Assembly (NCBI RefSeq): GCF_030684315.1
Contig: NC_081394.1
Coordinates: 17,094,658-17,158,657, forward strand
From: Stegostoma tigrinum
Lineage: Eukaryota
Length of the DNA stretch: 64,000 nucleotides
Direction of reading: 5' to 3'
Shown here: one piece after another, positions 23,803 through 37,679 of the stretch
How the letters are laid out: every line of letters begins with the position of its first letter
Position numbering within the stretch: the first letter of the stretch is position 1
Position numbers and translations under genes: made by a program
The notes under the pieces: generated by a model
The model's input: only the letters and a program-made list of their open reading frames with translations
Database searches by the model: none
What the model was told of the DNA's origin: nothing

Positions 23803-25833
23803 ATTGCCTCCCTACACAGGTGTAAGCGATTGACATGGTTGTCTAATTCACATGAGTATCTGCTGTGAACATGGTGGGTGGTGCTCCCACATAGGATGGT
23901 AGTGCCTATGTTGTAGATCTGACGTGCCTTTCACGGCTTACCATGACAGGGTTGTATAGTGTTGTGGTTCATGTAGTCCTGAAGGCTAGGTAGTTTGCTG
24001 TGAGCAATGTTCTGTTTAAGGTTTTGCGGTTGTTTGAAGGCAGGTACTGGAGGTGTCAGGAAGATCTTTGTGAGGGCCTCATAGTCATGAGTAATGTGTT
24101 GAAGGCTATGAAGAACATGGCGCAGTTTCTCCACTCTCATCAAGTACTGGACGATGAAGGGTACCCTATCGGTCGTATCCCGCATCATGAGGTTATCTGT
24201 AGGCCTGTGTTAGAGTGAAGTATTTAGGTATCTGTGTCTGGTGGAGATGTCTGTGTCCAAGAGTGAGATTGATTGTAAAGAGTAGTCAATGGTAAGTCTC
24301 TTGGTGGGATGGAACTTGTTGATATCACTCCGTCGTTGCTTCAGTGATTCCTCAGACTACGTCCAAAGGAAGAAAATATCATCAATGTATCTGGTGGAGA
24401 ACTTTGGACGGACGTTCTGTGCAACAAAGAAGCCTTGTTGGAACATCTGCATGAAAATGTTGGCATGTTGGGGAGCACATCTGGCCCCTATGGCTGATGC
24501 ATGTGTTTGGTTGGAAAACTGGCTGTCAAAGGTGAAAGTGTTACGGTCAAGGATGAAGTGGATGAGTTGTCGGATGGCGTCTGGAAATCAGCTGCTGGTG
24601 GTATTGAATACTGTGACTGTTGCTGTGATGCTGTCATCATGGCGGTTGCTGTTGCAGTGAGCCAAAACCTCCACTGTGACAAAGAATTTTCCTGGTTTGG
24701 TTGGTCTGTGGGTGCCAGGTTTCTGTAAGAAATCTGCCGTGTCGTGACAGAAGCTGGGGATTCCCTGTATGATGAGTTTCAAGATGCCCTTGACATAGCC
24801 AGAGAGGTTCTCACACAGGGTCCCATTGCCTGATAGGATGGGACGTTCTGATGTGTTGGCTTTGTACATCTTTCAAAGGCAGGAGAAGGCCCCCAATCAG
24901 GAAGTTTGTGGAATGAGAGTGCGTATGGTACTCTGAAGAATTGGATCAAAGCTCTTGACCAGTCTGTTCAGTTGGCAGGTGTGTTCCTTGCTTGGATTGG
25001 TAGGTCTGTAGTGTTGCTGGTTGTTCAGGTGTTGGAACACTTTCTTGCAGTAGTCAATTGATGATGTAATATGTACGACGATGCCTCTGACATTGTCATC
25101 AAAGCAGCAATTTTCTGGTTGGACTTGAGAATGTGGATGTTAATATATTGTGCTTGGGTGACATTTTGCACTAACTTGTGAGTTTGGTTGATGAATCTGG
25201 CATTCATGCATTCGCTGATGAATTGAGCAAACCTGTCAAGCCCAATGCATTGGCCCCTTTGGAGGTGTCGAATTTGGACCGTTGGGTAAACGTACTTTGA
25301 GGCAGATTTCAGGATACACGACAGCATAGAGTTGCGGAGCAGAGGCTGAGAACCAAGTTCCATACCCATGAGGATGGCTTCAACTAGAATCTTGGGTTCA
25401 TGTCGCACTATAGGTGACCCCACTGCATTGTACACCTGCTCTCTTTTGCTATCTTTCACATGCTCAGTCACAGTTTATGTCAGTGACATGCACACATAAA
25501 TCAGTGGAGTGAATTTGTATTTGCAGGTACATTCTATTTTTTTATTCTGAAAGCACACTATTTATCGACAGTCAGTCAATCGAGTTTCATAAATTAATGC
25601 TTTAGAAATAAAACTAGTCTGACTCAAAACCCAATTGCAAACAGATTTGAAACAAGCTCTCACACATAGCATGCATTACCTGATGTAAAATGTCACCTCT
25701 TCATGACACTGTTGAAACATTTGGTTTTCACAGGGCAGTGACATCAATGCAATTTGAGGGCTTTCATCTGCATATTAATCAATTAAAATATTTAACTGAT
25801 TAAAGATTTCACTCTATCTTAGGTTTGTTTGCT
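23803..25833 (-). mobile_element. Degenerate RT-containing PLE (copy of 10430-12455)
   Basis: Near-identical ORF fragments. Confidence 0.8.
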
Positions 25834-25849
25834 ACAAATAAGTAAGAAC

Positions 25850-27185
25850 ACTGGCAGATACACAGTGCAGAAACTTACAGGCCGAGACCGGACAATTCCA
25901 GGCACACATGCACGGAGCAAATCTGACATGTACATTCTGATAACTGGCCTCACACATGAACCAAGCTGAAACTGAAATGTACGGATCGATAACTGAACTC
26001 GAGGCCACTTCATAAATTGATAGGTGTAGATTGATATCTGCAATCTCATTTTCACATAGCAAAAACGGAGAAGTCCAGCTTAGCAGATGCAGTCACAAAT
26101 TTGCAATACAGTAACTGACAGGGACACACTGATGACAGCATTCACGTTCACATTGACAAAACTGGCTACATACAGACCAATAACAACACTCACATAGTCA
26201 CGTTGCAGAAATTAACAGGTAGAAATTGATAACTGTACCCATACATTTACATTGCAGAATAGAACAGGCACAGGTCTATAAATACAGGTACATATTTGCA
26301 TTCCAGTATCCGTTAGTGACAGGATAAGAAACATATCAGAAACGGATACGCATAGATTGTGAATATGCGAATGTATGTATCAAAGCAAATACTGAGAAGT
26401 ACAGCTTGGCAAATGCAGTCACACATTTGCATTGCAGTAACTAACAGGGACACACTGACAAAACTCATGTTCACATGACAGTATTGGATAGGTACTGACC
26501 AATGACCACTCTGACAGCATGACTTAGCAGAAACTGACAGGTAGAATCTGACCTGTATATTCAAAATGCAGAAATTAACAGGTACACATTGATAACTCCA
26601 GGCACAAATCTGTATTCCAGTCTCTGTCAGGGGCAGTTGAATAAACAGTCCTCTTACATCCACAGAGCTGAAACTCACAGGAACAGAATGATTACTGAAC
26701 TCACATATTCATGTGGCATAAATGGATAAGAACAGTTTGATAAATAATGCACAGAACAGGATCTCACAGCTGTATATTGATAATGACAGGCACAGGTTCA
26801 TTTAGCAATAACTTACAGGGGGTGGTTAAAACGTTATCCCATATTCATACATCAGAAACAGATAGGTGCAGCTTTATAACTGTACTCGATTCAACAAGCA
26901 GAACCTAACAGACGTAGATGGATAACTAAACACGCATATGAACAGAGTAGAACCTGACTGGTACAGATTGATGATTAAACTTAAATATGAGCATAGCAGA
27001 AACTGACAGAAATAGGTTTGTACCTGCATACTAATACTCCCAGACCAGAAACTGGCAGATACAGGCTGAGAACTATTTACACACATTTGCCAAGCAGGAA
27101 CTGACAAGAACAGGTCAGTAATAACACTGCAGGTTTCACACCACACAAACTGGTTACAGATTGATAACTACAGTCGCATATTCAT
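25850..27185. repeat. Degenerate 49-bp minisatellite
   Basis: Copy of 12470-13805. Confidence 0.8.
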
Positions 27186-27186
27186 G

Positions 27187-30100
27187 AGCCTTCCATGCGG
27201 CCCTCCATTTTTGTTTCAGCAGCAGGAGGAGCGGGAGCGTCGACCAGGTAGCTGCCGGGAAGGTGAGTCACTGTTTGAAAAACTTACCTCGCGAATAGGC
27301 GGAGCATACGCTGAGCAGGAGCGGACACGGTTCTGCTGAGTTAGCGAGGTAATATTTTTGTGGTTGCGTTACCCGAAACAGTACTCGGGTAGTGTCTCCC
27401 ACCCATCCTCCTCCTCTCACCAAAAAAAAGGTTCTGTGCACCAGATTGGTAAGGTAACTAGTTTATTTTCTATTCTTTGTTTTTCAACAGTCTCTTTGGG
27501 AATTTAGAATAATGGGAATGGAAGTCGGGGGAGTAGAAAGTTCCTGCAGCAGAATGTGGGAAGTAAGGGTGACCACTAGTGTCCCTGCTGACTACATGTG
27601 TTGGAAGTGCACCCAACTCCAGCTCATCGGAAACTGCGTTAGGGAACCGGAGCTGGATGAACTTTGGATCATTCGGGAGGCAGAGGGGGTTATTGAGAGG
27701 CGTTACAGGGAGGTAGTCTCTACTCATGTACAAAAAAAAGGCAGATGGGTTACAGTCAGGGGATGGAAAGGGAACTGGCAGGCAGTGCAGGGATCCCCTG
27801 TGGCCATTCCCCTCAATCATAAGTATACCGTTTTGGATACTGTTGGCTGGCGGGGTGGGTGACTTACCAGAGGAAAGCAATGGGGCACAGGTCTCTGGCA
27901 CAGAAAGGACGGGGGAAGAGGAGCAGAGCAGTAGTCACTGGGGACTCCAGAGTTAGGGGGACAGATAGGAGGTTCTGTGGGGACGAGAGAGCTCACGGTT
28001 GGTGTGTTGCCTCCCTGGTGCCAGGGTGCGGGATGTCTCTGATCGTGTTTTTGGGATCCTTAAGGGGGAGGGGGAGCAGCCCCAAGTCGTAGTCCAGATA
28101 GGCACCAACGACATAGGTCGGAAGAGAGATGGGGGTTTAAGGCGGAAATGCAGGGAGCTAGAATGGAAGCTTCGAGCTGGGATGAACAGAGTTGTTGTTT
28201 CTGGTTTGTTGCCCGTGCCACATGCTGGTGAGGCGAGGAATAGGGAGAGAGAGGAGTTGAACACGTGGCTACAGGGTGCATTGGGGAGGGTTTTGGATTC
28301 TTGGATAATTGGGGCTCTTTCTGGGGTAGGTGGGACCTCTACAAGCAGGATGGTCTTCACCTGACCCAGAGGGGTACCGATATTCTGGGGGGGAAGTTTG
28401 CTAAGGCTATTCGGGTGGGTTGAAACTAACTCAGCAGGGGGATGGGAACCAAAATTGTAGTTCGAGTATCGAAAAGGTTGAGAGTAGGGAGGTCCAAAAT
28501 AAAGTTTCAGGGATGTAACATGGCACCAGCGAGCAAGAAATTGGTTTGAAGTGCGTCTATTTCAATGCCAGGAGCATCCGGAATAAGGTGGGGGAACTTG
28601 CAGCATGTGTTGGTACCTGGGACTTTGATGATGTGGCCATTTCGGAGACATGGATAGAGCAGGGACAGGAATGGTTGTTGCAGGTTCCGGGATTAAGATG
28701 TTTCAGTAAGAACAGAGAAGATGGCTAAAAGAGGGGGAGGTGTGGCATTGTTGGTGAAGGACAGTATTACAGTTGCAGAAAGGATGTTTGGGCACTCGTC
28801 AACTGAGGAAGCATGGGCTGAGTTCAGAAAACGGAAAGGAGAGGTCACTCTGTTGGGAGTTTTTTATAGGCCTCCGAATAGTTCCAGATATGTTGAGGAA
28901 AGGACAGCAAAGATGATTCTCGATAGGAGTGAGAGAGACAGGGTAGTTGTCATGGGGGACTTCAACTTTCAAATATTGATGGGACCACTATAGTTCGAGT
29001 ACTATGGATGGGTCTGTTTTTGTCCAGTGTGTGCAGGAGGGCTTCCTGACACAGTATGTAGACAGACCAACAAGGGGCGAAGCCACATTAATTTGGTACT
29101 GGGTAATGAGCCCAGCCAGGTGTTAGATTTGGAAGTAGGTGAGCACTTTGGTGATAGCGATCACAATTCTGTTATGTTTACTTTCGTGATGGAAAGGGAT
29201 AGGTGTATACCACTAGGCAAGAGTTATAAGGCTTGAGAAAGGCAATTACGATGAGATTAGGCAAGATTTAGGGAGCATAGGATGGGTAAGGAAACTGCAG
29301 GGGATGGGCACATTAGAAATGTGGAGCTAATTGAAGGAAAAGCTCCTGTGTGTCCTAGATAAGTATGTACCTGTCAGACAGGGAGGAAGCAGGAGAGCGC
29401 AGGAGCCGTGGTTTACGAAGGAAGTGAAATCTCTGGTCAAGAGGAAGAGAAAGGCTTCTGTTAGGATGAGATGTGAAGGCTCAGTTAGGGCGCTTGAGGG
29501 TTACAAGGTAGCCAGGAAAGACCGAAAGAGAGAGCTCGGAAGAACCAGGAGGAGACATGAGACGTTGTTGGTGGATAGGATCAGTGCAGACCCTAAGGCT
29601 TTCTATAGGTATTTAAGGAATAAAAGAATGATGAGAGTAAGATTAGGGCCAATCAAGCATAGTAGTGGTAAGTTGTGTGTGGAGTCAGATGAGATAGGGG
29701 AAGCAGTAAATGAATATTTCTTGACAGTATTCACTCTAGAAAACGACAATGTTGTCGAGGTGAATACTGGGATATAGGCTACTAGACTAGGTGGGATTCA
29801 GTTTCACAAGGAAGAGGTATTAGAAATCCTACAGAGTGTGAAAATCGAGAAGTCCCCTGGGCTGGATGGGATTTATCTTAGGATCCTCTTGGAAGCCAGG
29901 GAGGAGATTGCCGAGCCTTTGGCATTGATCTTTAACTTGTCATTGTCTGCAGGAATAATGCCAGAAGACTGGAGGATGGCAAATGTGGTTCCCCTGTTCA
30001 AGAAGGGGAATAGAGACAGCCCTGGTAATTGTAGACCAGTGAGCCGTACTTCAGTTGTTGGTAAAGTGTTGGAAACAGTTATAAGAGAGGAGTTATAATC

Positions 30101-31392
30101 ATCTAGAAAAGAATAATTTGATTAGGGATAGTCAGCACGGTTTTGTGAAGGGTAGGTCGTGCCTCAGAAACCTTGCTGAGCTCTTTGAGAAGGTGACCAA
30201 ACAGGTAGATGAGAGTAAACCGGTTGATGTGGTGTATATGGATTTCAGCAAGGCGTTCGATAAGTTTCCCCACAGTAGGCTATTGTAGAAAATGCGGAGG
30301 AATGGGATTGTGGGAGATATAGCAGTTTGGATCAGAAATTGGCTTGCTGAAAGAAGACAGAGGGTGGTGGTTGATGGGAAATGTTCATCCTGCAGTGCAG
30401 TTACTAGTGGTTTACCACAAGGGTCGGTGTTGGGTCCACTGCTGTTTGTCATTTTTATAAACAAACTGGATGAGGGTGTAGAAGGATGGGTTAGTAAATT
30501 TGCAGACAACACTAAGGTCGGTGGAGTTGTGGGTAGTGACGAAGGATGTTGTAGGTTACAGAGAGACATAGATAAGCTGCAGAGCTGGACTGAGAGGTGG
30601 CAAATGGAGTTTAATGCAGACTAGTGTGAGGTGTGCATTTTGGTAGGAGTAACTGGAATGCAAAGTACTGGGCTAATGGTAAGATTCTTGGTAGTGTAGA
30701 TGAGCAGAGAGATCTCAGTGCACATGTGCACAGATCCTTGAAAGTTGCCACCCAGGTTGACAGGGTTGTTAGGAAGGCATACAGTGTTTTAGCTTTTATT
30801 AATAGAGGGATTGAGTTCCAGAACCATGAGGTTCTGCTGCAGCTGTACAAAACTCTGGTGTGGCCGCACTTGCAATATTGCGTACAGTTCTGGTCACCGC
30901 ATCATAAGAAGGATGTGGAAGCTTTGGACAGGGTGCAGAGGAGATTTACTCGGATGTTGCCTGGTACGGTGGGAAGGCCTTATGAGGATACGCTGAGGAA
31001 CTTGAGGCTGTTTTTGTTAGAGAGAAGAAGGTTGAGAGGTGACTTAATTTTGACATAAGATAATCAGAGGGTTAGTTAGGGTGGACAGGGAGAGCCTTTT
31101 TCCTGGGATGGTGATAGTGAGCACAAGGTGGCATAGCTTTAAATTGAGGTGTGGAAGATATAGGACAGATTTCAGAGGTAGTTTCTTAACTCAGCGAGTA
31201 GTGAGCGAACGGAACACTTTGCCTGCAACGGTAGTAGTTTCAGAAACTTCAAGTACATTTACGTTGTCATTGGAGAAGCATATGGATGTCCATGGAAGAG
31301 TGTAGTTTAGATGGGCTTCAGATTGGTATGACAGGTCGGCACAACATCGAGGGCCGAAGTACCTGTACTGTGCCGTACTGTTCTATGTTCTG
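27187..31392 (+). mobile_element. Near full-length degenerate CR1 LINE (~4.2 kb) inserted in the minisatellite
   Basis: ORF1 (zinc finger, GDS esterase), APE endonuclease, RT (PQGSVLGPLLF, FADNTK), 3' tail TTCTATGTTCT; stops and frameshifts. Confidence 0.93.
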
Positions 31393-31394
31393 TG

Positions 31395-32520
31395 AGAATG
31401 ATACTTGTGCACACATCCATACAGTAAAAATTCATGTATACCCATTGTAAATGCATTTACACATTCAAAGACTAATACTGACATGTACAAATTAATAACT
31501 GGACTCTCAGACTCATTTAAAAAATCCTGACAGGGACAGATTTATTTTTGCATCACTCTTGCATGACAGAGTCAAAATGATAACTGCACTCACGTTTTTC
31601 AAAAGAAAGAATGAAGTATGCCAAGATATTCACTAAGCATAATCTGACAGATATAGGTAAAAGAATACATTTGTATATTCACAAAACAGTGACTGACATG
31701 GACAGATCAGTAACTAAAATCTCAATTTGAAATAGCAGATACCGACAAGTACAGAATGATAAATACATTAACGTGTTCACAAATAAGAAACTGATGGGTA
31801 CAGATTGATGATTGCCCTCTCAGATGCACAGCACTGACAATGACAGGCAGAGATCGTAAATGCATACACATGCACAAAATTGTCAAAGGAACATTGATAA
31901 CTACACTCCTATGTTCACAAAGCAGAAACTGTCATAAACAGATTGATAACACTTCCACTTTGACAGAATAAAATGACAGTCTCGCATTCACCACGCTCGA
32001 ACAGATGGTTATAAATTGATAAATAAATTGAAACGTTGACATAGCAGAAACCTGGAGGCATAACTTGGCATGTGCCCTCGTACATTCAGCTGGAGAAACT
32101 GACAGGCACAGATGGATAACTGCCCTCGGATAGCAGAAAACCTTAAGAGCAAACTGATTTTCACACTCCTCCCATATTTCCACATCAGAAACTGCCAGGC
32201 AAAAATTTAATAACTAAACTGATATCCCATAGCAGAAACCAACAGGTAGGAGTCAGTAATAACCTTCATTTCTTCACTTAGCAGAAGTTGGCGGGTTTCG
32301 ATTGATAACAACACAAAATGACGTTGTAGACAGGAACAGATACAGTACGATGACGACATTCACGTACAAGGAGCTGGGACAACAGGGACTATTGATAACT
32401 GCAACCACATATTCGTGCAGCATAACCTAACAGGTACAAACATACGATCAATATTTCACATTCAAAAAGTAGCATCTGACAGGTTCAGGTTGATCATTTC
32501 ACTCCGATTTTCACATAGAA
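31395..32520. repeat. Degenerate 49-bp minisatellite upstream of H2B copy C
   Basis: GCAGAAACT and ATTGATAAC motifs. Confidence 0.75.
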
Positions 32521-33049
32521 GTGAGTGGGATGGATTGGGCAAACTGACCCTCAATAAACTTGAAACTCTGACCAATACAATTTAGTTGACACTCATCCAG
32601 AAATCACAGGCTGCGAAAAACCAAAATAACTCTCTTAGACACAAGAGATGCTTGTGAACAGAATAGAACATATTGTTACAATCAACGTTCTTACAGGCAA
32701 AATAGTTCTGAAATAACAATCGTCAGTGCAGAGAGAGTACAAGTGACTGGTCAGAAATAAATTTCAGAGAAAATCCCCCGAAAAATCTCATCCGTATTTA
32801 ATTGTGTGGATTGATCAGAAAGCGATAATTCTGTGTTAATTGCAGTCGGTGCAGAGTATCATGACGTGCAGCTGGAAACACAGACTTTCACATTATTATA
32901 ACAGAGCAAAAGGTACAGAGCCTCTCGCACAGTCTCTTTCAGTGTCGCAGACACGTATCAAATCTCCCTCAGTCAGATGGACAGGAATAAAATCAAGTTC
33001 CACACAACATTTAGATGCAGTTCCTGACAGATTCACTTTTAGACCCACA

Positions 33050-33202
33050 CTACCCAATCACAGAGAGATTTAGCATGAGGGTTTTGACAGCGTATAAAGT
33101 AACCAATGAGGAACGAGGCTTTCCCCATCCTTCATTTGCATTGCTGACGCCAACAGTCTGCAAAAAGCCAGCTCCGGGCCCGCTCTCCCTGATTCTGTCA
33201 CC
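33050..33202 (+). promoter_or_regulatory. H2B promoter (copy C)
   Basis: Two CCAAT boxes; octamer 33134-33141. Confidence 0.8.
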
Positions 33203-33580
33203 ATGGTTGAAGAAAAGAAAGGGCCAGTTGCTAAGAAGGGCGCTAAGAAAGCGGTGAAGAGGGCGCCAGCGAAAGGCAGCAAGAAGAGGCGAAAGTCCAG
33301 GAAAGAAAGTTACTCCATCTACATCTACAAAGTGTTGAAGCAGGTTCACCCCGACACCGGGATCTCCTCCAAGGCCATGAGTATCATGAACTCGTTCGTC
33401 AAGGATATTTTCGAGCGTATCGCAGGGGAGGCTTCCCGCTTGACCCGTTACAACAAGCGCAGCACCATGAGCTCCCGGGAGATCCAGACTTCCGTACGCC
33501 TGCTGCTGCCCGGGGAGCTGGCCAAGCACGCCGTGTCGGAGGGCACGAAGGCGGTGACCAAGTACACCAGCTCCAAGTGA
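33203..33580 (+). CDS. H2B: Histone H2B variant, 125 aa
   Basis: Same protein as 16675-17052; one synonymous difference noticed (ACG vs ACA). Confidence 0.97.
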   Translation: MVEEKKGPVAKKGAKKAVKRAPAKGSKKRRKSRKESYSIYIYKVLKQVHPDTGISSKAMSIMNSFVKDIFERIAGEASRLTRYNKRSTMSSREIQTSVRLLLPGELAKHAVSEGTKAVTKYTSSK

Positions 33581-33608
33581 AACGCCACTTGGCACTGAAA
33601 AACCCAAA

Positions 33609-33650
33609 GGCTCTTTTAAGAGCCACCCACAAATTCCCTTAAACAGCTGA
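33609..33650 (+). terminator. Histone 3' stem-loop plus HDE-like element
   Basis: GGCTCTTTTAAGAGCC 33609-33624. Confidence 0.93.
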
Positions 33651-34699
33651 ACCTGGATGTTTTTAATACTGATGAACTTTTCTTTGCAGTTGGTGCGGAG
33701 AAATTTTAAATTTCAGTTCAATGTTTGCCTTTTCTAAAATGATCTGTAAATTAGAGTGGTCAAGGAGATTCTGTGTGCTTTATTCTCGGTTGATTTCCAA
33801 TACAGCCTATTTTCCCTGATAATAGACTGCATATGAGTCATTACAGTCTTTTCTTTAAAAAAATGTTAATTCTTTAAATTTAAAAATCTATCCCCCGTCT
33901 TGAAATCCCCCTCCTAAGGAAAACGCATTTGCCATTCACCTTATCTTTGCCCCCTCATGATTTTGTAAACACCAATAAGATCATTCCTCAACTTCCGAGT
34001 CATTTCTCAGTTACATTGTTCAATTCACTCTTTACTCGACCCCGATGCCGCATGAACCCAAGGTATCACCTTCTGTCAAACAGAAATAAGAGTGTGCCCA
34101 AACTTGATTACCCCCCGGTAGGAAGAATTAGCGCGCGGTGAGCAATTTTGTTTTATTTCCAACTGTCCACTCGGATTTTGTAAGATTTTGCAGATTACTG
34201 TAAATGAGCCTTTCTGTTATTGGTGACAGACTTTCAAAACGAACCGAGATAGAAAGCAGAACAGCTGTCTGACTGGTGTGGAATTATTCAGATCCAGTGC
34301 AGTAAGGAAGGGCCACTTTAAAATAATGTTTGCAACATTAATGCGCTCACCCGTAAGAACATTGTGTGATGTTGTATCAATATGTCGGGGCGCTCTTGAA
34401 ATAGGAAAGAAAATGAATATGCGCAGGGTGCAGCTTTTGACGCTCGGTTTTCGTTTCCGACTGTCCTCACGGTTAAGAAAACGCATTAAAGATCGGAAAT
34501 GGACAGATTGAAGGGAAAAAAGGAATGAGATATTTCTTTAAAAAGTGTTAAGTATACGTTTGTAAACTAAAAGTAAATTACCTCGTAAAAAGTGTTGATG
34601 CATTCCGCTTTCTAAAATGTTTGTACATATTGGCGGGCTTTTCAAATTAGACAGAAAGCGGGAGATCATTTTGGCGCCGTAATTTTCAGGTTGGTGAGT

Positions 34700-35365
34700 G
34701 AAGCAACAAGGTTGGGGCAAGATTTAAGGCTTGTGTCACTGTTAAGGTCAGGGTTATGTTCAGGGCTAGGTTTAGGGTTAGGGCGTTGGTTCCGGTTCGA
34801 CCGAGGGTTAGCGCTCGAGTTAGGGTTATGGTTCGGGTTTAGGATTGGTTTAGGTTTAGAGCAAAGATTGGGGTTATGGTTAAGGTTGGATTGGGTTCGG
34901 TCCAGGGGTAGCATTATGGTTTGGGCTAGACCTGGGTCTACAGTTCGTGTTAGTGTTCCTGCTCGGACTATGGTTAGGAGAAGAAGTAAAGCGAGGGCAT
35001 GATTTAGTGCAATAGTGTGAGCCTTTGGATTAAACAGGGGGTTACGGTTAGTATTAGGACTGGGATTACAGTTAGGGTGAGTGCAATGGCTAGCGTTAGG
35101 GCTAAGATAAGAGCCAGGGCGAGGGACAATGTTCGGGTTACGGCTAGGATTCAGGATAGGGCTAGGAATACAGTTCAGGCAAAATTTCGGAATAGGGCTA
35201 GGGTTGGGTTCAGGCGATGTTTAGGCCTAGTTTTCGGGTTAGTGTTTGGGCTATGTTTCGGACTACATTGACGGTTGGGTCTAGGTTTACTGTCAAGTCT
35301 CGTGTTATGGTTACAGGCCAGGGTGAGGTTTAGTACAGAAGTGTTCGGGTTAGGGTGTGGGTTAC
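34700..35365 (+). repeat. Degenerate TTAGGG array without the CR1 insertion
   Basis: Hexamer variants, for example TTTAGGGTTAGGG at ~34771. Confidence 0.85.
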
Positions 35366-35819
35366 TGGCCCCGAAACGTTAACTCTGTTTTCTGCTTCAC
35401 ATATGCGGCTAGACTTCCTGAGCTTTTCCAGCAACTTTGTTTTTGTTCCTGATTTACAGCATCCGCAGTTCTTTCGGTTTTTATTCAGCATTTTCTAATA
35501 TCTAATTCAGTGCAATAACGGAGATCTACTTCGCAATAGTGTCAAAATGCGGTGAATGCGCTCATCCCAAAGAAAGTTATGTGATGTTTCATATCGGTGT
35601 GCCTTTGAAATGTGAAATTGAATGATCAGGTGTAGAGTGCAGTTTTTGACATTTAGTTTTTCCCTGCTTCTGAAGGTTCAGAAACCGTCATTCAAGATCA
35701 GGAATAGACATTTAATTCGAGGACAGAATGAGGCAGAGAAAGTATACATTTGTAATCGAAAAATAAACAAACTCATAACTATTGATGCATTCTACTTTGT
35801 AAAACCTCCTCTGATTGTA

Positions 35820-36074
35820 CATCTGGGCGGGCTTTTCAAGTTGGAAAGAAAGCGGTTGATGATTTCGCGCCGTTATTTTCCAACTTTCTCCCCGTGCCCT
35901 CTCCGGATGGCGGAATGTAGCAGAAATCTGATTGGGAAATGAAACAACATGAGGAGATATTGAACAATGTGCCCAATCAGCACAGAGCACGCAACCAATC
36001 CTCCCGAAGGGAGAGAGGACGGAATGTGAGCGGATTGCAGTATTTTCTGTGAAAGTGTTGGTGAGATTGTGGAT
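35820..36074 (+). promoter_or_regulatory. H2A promoter region
   Basis: GGCGGGCTTTTCAA 35826, TTTCGCGCC 35863, ATTGG 35931, CCAAT 35973 and 35995; no clear TATA. Confidence 0.6.
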
Positions 36075-36411
36075 ATGAGTGGAAGAGGAAAGAGCACGAA
36101 AGCTCGCTCCACGCCTAAGTCTCGGCCGTCCCAGGCTGGCCTGCTGTTCCCGGTGGGCCGGAGCGCCGGTCTATCTGGCTGCGGTGCTCGAGTACCTGAC
36201 GGCTGAAATCCTCGAGCTGGCCGGTCAGGCGGCCCGGGACAACAAGAAGACCCGCATCATCCCCAGGCACCTCCAGCTGGCCGTGCGTAACGACGAGGAG
36301 GTCAGCAAGCTGCTGGGAGTGGTGACCATCGCTCAGGGCGGGGTGCTGCCTAATATCCAGGCTGTACTACTGCCCAAAAAAACAGTCGCTGGGAGCACCC
36401 CTAAAAAGTGA
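36075..36411 (+). pseudogene. H2A: Histone H2A pseudogene with ~50-nt frameshifting deletion
   Basis: MSGRGK...AGLLFPVGR from 36075; [22 protein letters not shown]...[11 protein letters not shown] in another frame; VHRLLRKGNYAERVGA missing at 36160/36161. Confidence 0.92.
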
Positions 36412-36442
36412 CGAGTCCCATTCTTGAACCTGACAACCCAAA

Positions 36443-36480
36443 GGCTCTTTTAAGAGCCACTCACATCTGAGAGAGGAACT
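36443..36480 (+). terminator. Histone 3' stem-loop of the H2A pseudogene
   Basis: GGCTCTTTTAAGAGCC 36443-36458; purine-rich GAGAGAGGAA downstream. Confidence 0.9.
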
Positions 36481-36509
36481 AGGCCCTCACTTCTGTCGGG
36501 TTGATTTAG

Positions 36510-37200
36510 TGTCATAGACCAGATCTCCTAAATTAATCTCGTCCAATTTGGCCCATATTCCTCTACACGCCGTCTATTCACTTACCCATCCAGATGCCTT
36601 TTTTGAAATGCTGCAGCTGCAACCAGCTTCCATCAGTTCCTCCAGCAGTTCATTCCATAACCTTCTACGTTAAAATGTTGTCCCTTAGGTATTATTTAAA
36701 TCTATCGTCCCTCCCTTTAAATCCGTGCAATCTGGTTTTGGACTCCCCTGTCCGGGACTTGGTGGGGTGAGGGGCGCGGCGGAGAAGAGGCCTTGGCTTC
36801 ATCCTCTCCATGCTGGTCATGATTTTAGAAACTTGTTATAGTTCACCTCTCAGCCTCCGACGCTCCAGGGAAAATGGCCACAACGTATTCAGCTTCTCCC
36901 TGTAACTTAAACCCTCCAACCCGACATCCTTGTAAATCTTTTCTGGATGTTTTCACATTCAACAACATCTTTCCTGAAGCAGGGAGAAACGAATTGAATG
37001 CAGTATTCCAAAAGTGATCTAATCAATGTCCTGTACAGCTGCAACGTGACATTCCAGCTTCTGTCGTCAATGCATTGACCAAAAAAGGAAGGTAAACCTC
37101 ACGCCTTCTTCGATCCCCTACTTACCTCTGACACCACTATCAAGGAAATTTGAACCTGTACCCCAAGGACTCTTTGTTCAACAACACTCCCTTGGACCCG
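36510..37200 (-). mobile_element. Old CR1 3' fragment
   Basis: CR1-like motifs such as GCAGTATTCCAA and CTGTACAGCTGCAAC; ORF remnant EQRVLGVQVQISL. Confidence 0.7.
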
Positions 37201-37397
37201 TGTTTTAACAGAACAAGGTGCGAACCTCATCAGACTCGCCTGCGACTGGGACAGGGGCAGCACTGAGTGAAACACAGAGCAAAGCCCACTCTGCTGTTTC
37301 CAAACAGAAAATAAAGCTGCCTTGACTTTGTTGTACAAAGGTATAGGTGCTGATACTCTGGGGAAAAACAAAAAAAATTAGCCTCTATCGGACGTAG

Positions 37398-37620
37398 CAG
37401 GAACTGCAGATGCTCGAGAATCTGAGATAACAAGGTACAGAGCTGGATGAACGCAGCAGGCCAAGCAGCATCAGAGGAGCAGGAAGGTTGACGTTTCAGG
37501 CCGAGACCCTTCTTCTGAACCATTTTCTGCAGAAGGGTCTCGGCCCGAAACGTCAGCCTTCCTGCTCTTCTGATGGCGCTTTGCCTGCTGTGTTCATTCA
37601 GCTCTGCACCTTGTTATCTC
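37398..37620. mobile_element. Palindromic element made of two inverted PLE termini
   Basis: GAGATAACAAGG (37424) to CCTTGTTATCTC (37620); arms of ~90 bp with decayed hammerhead cores. Confidence 0.8.
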
Positions 37621-37679
37621 AAAATGCTTCTCTGGACTTTGTTCCCACCAGCCTTTTTTCGGCAGAGACCACAACGGAC

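Noticed and set aside
36079-36411. 110-aa ORF as a novel H2A with a new N-terminus
   Set aside because: It starts at GTG; the true ATG is 36075 in another frame, so the ORF results from the frameshift
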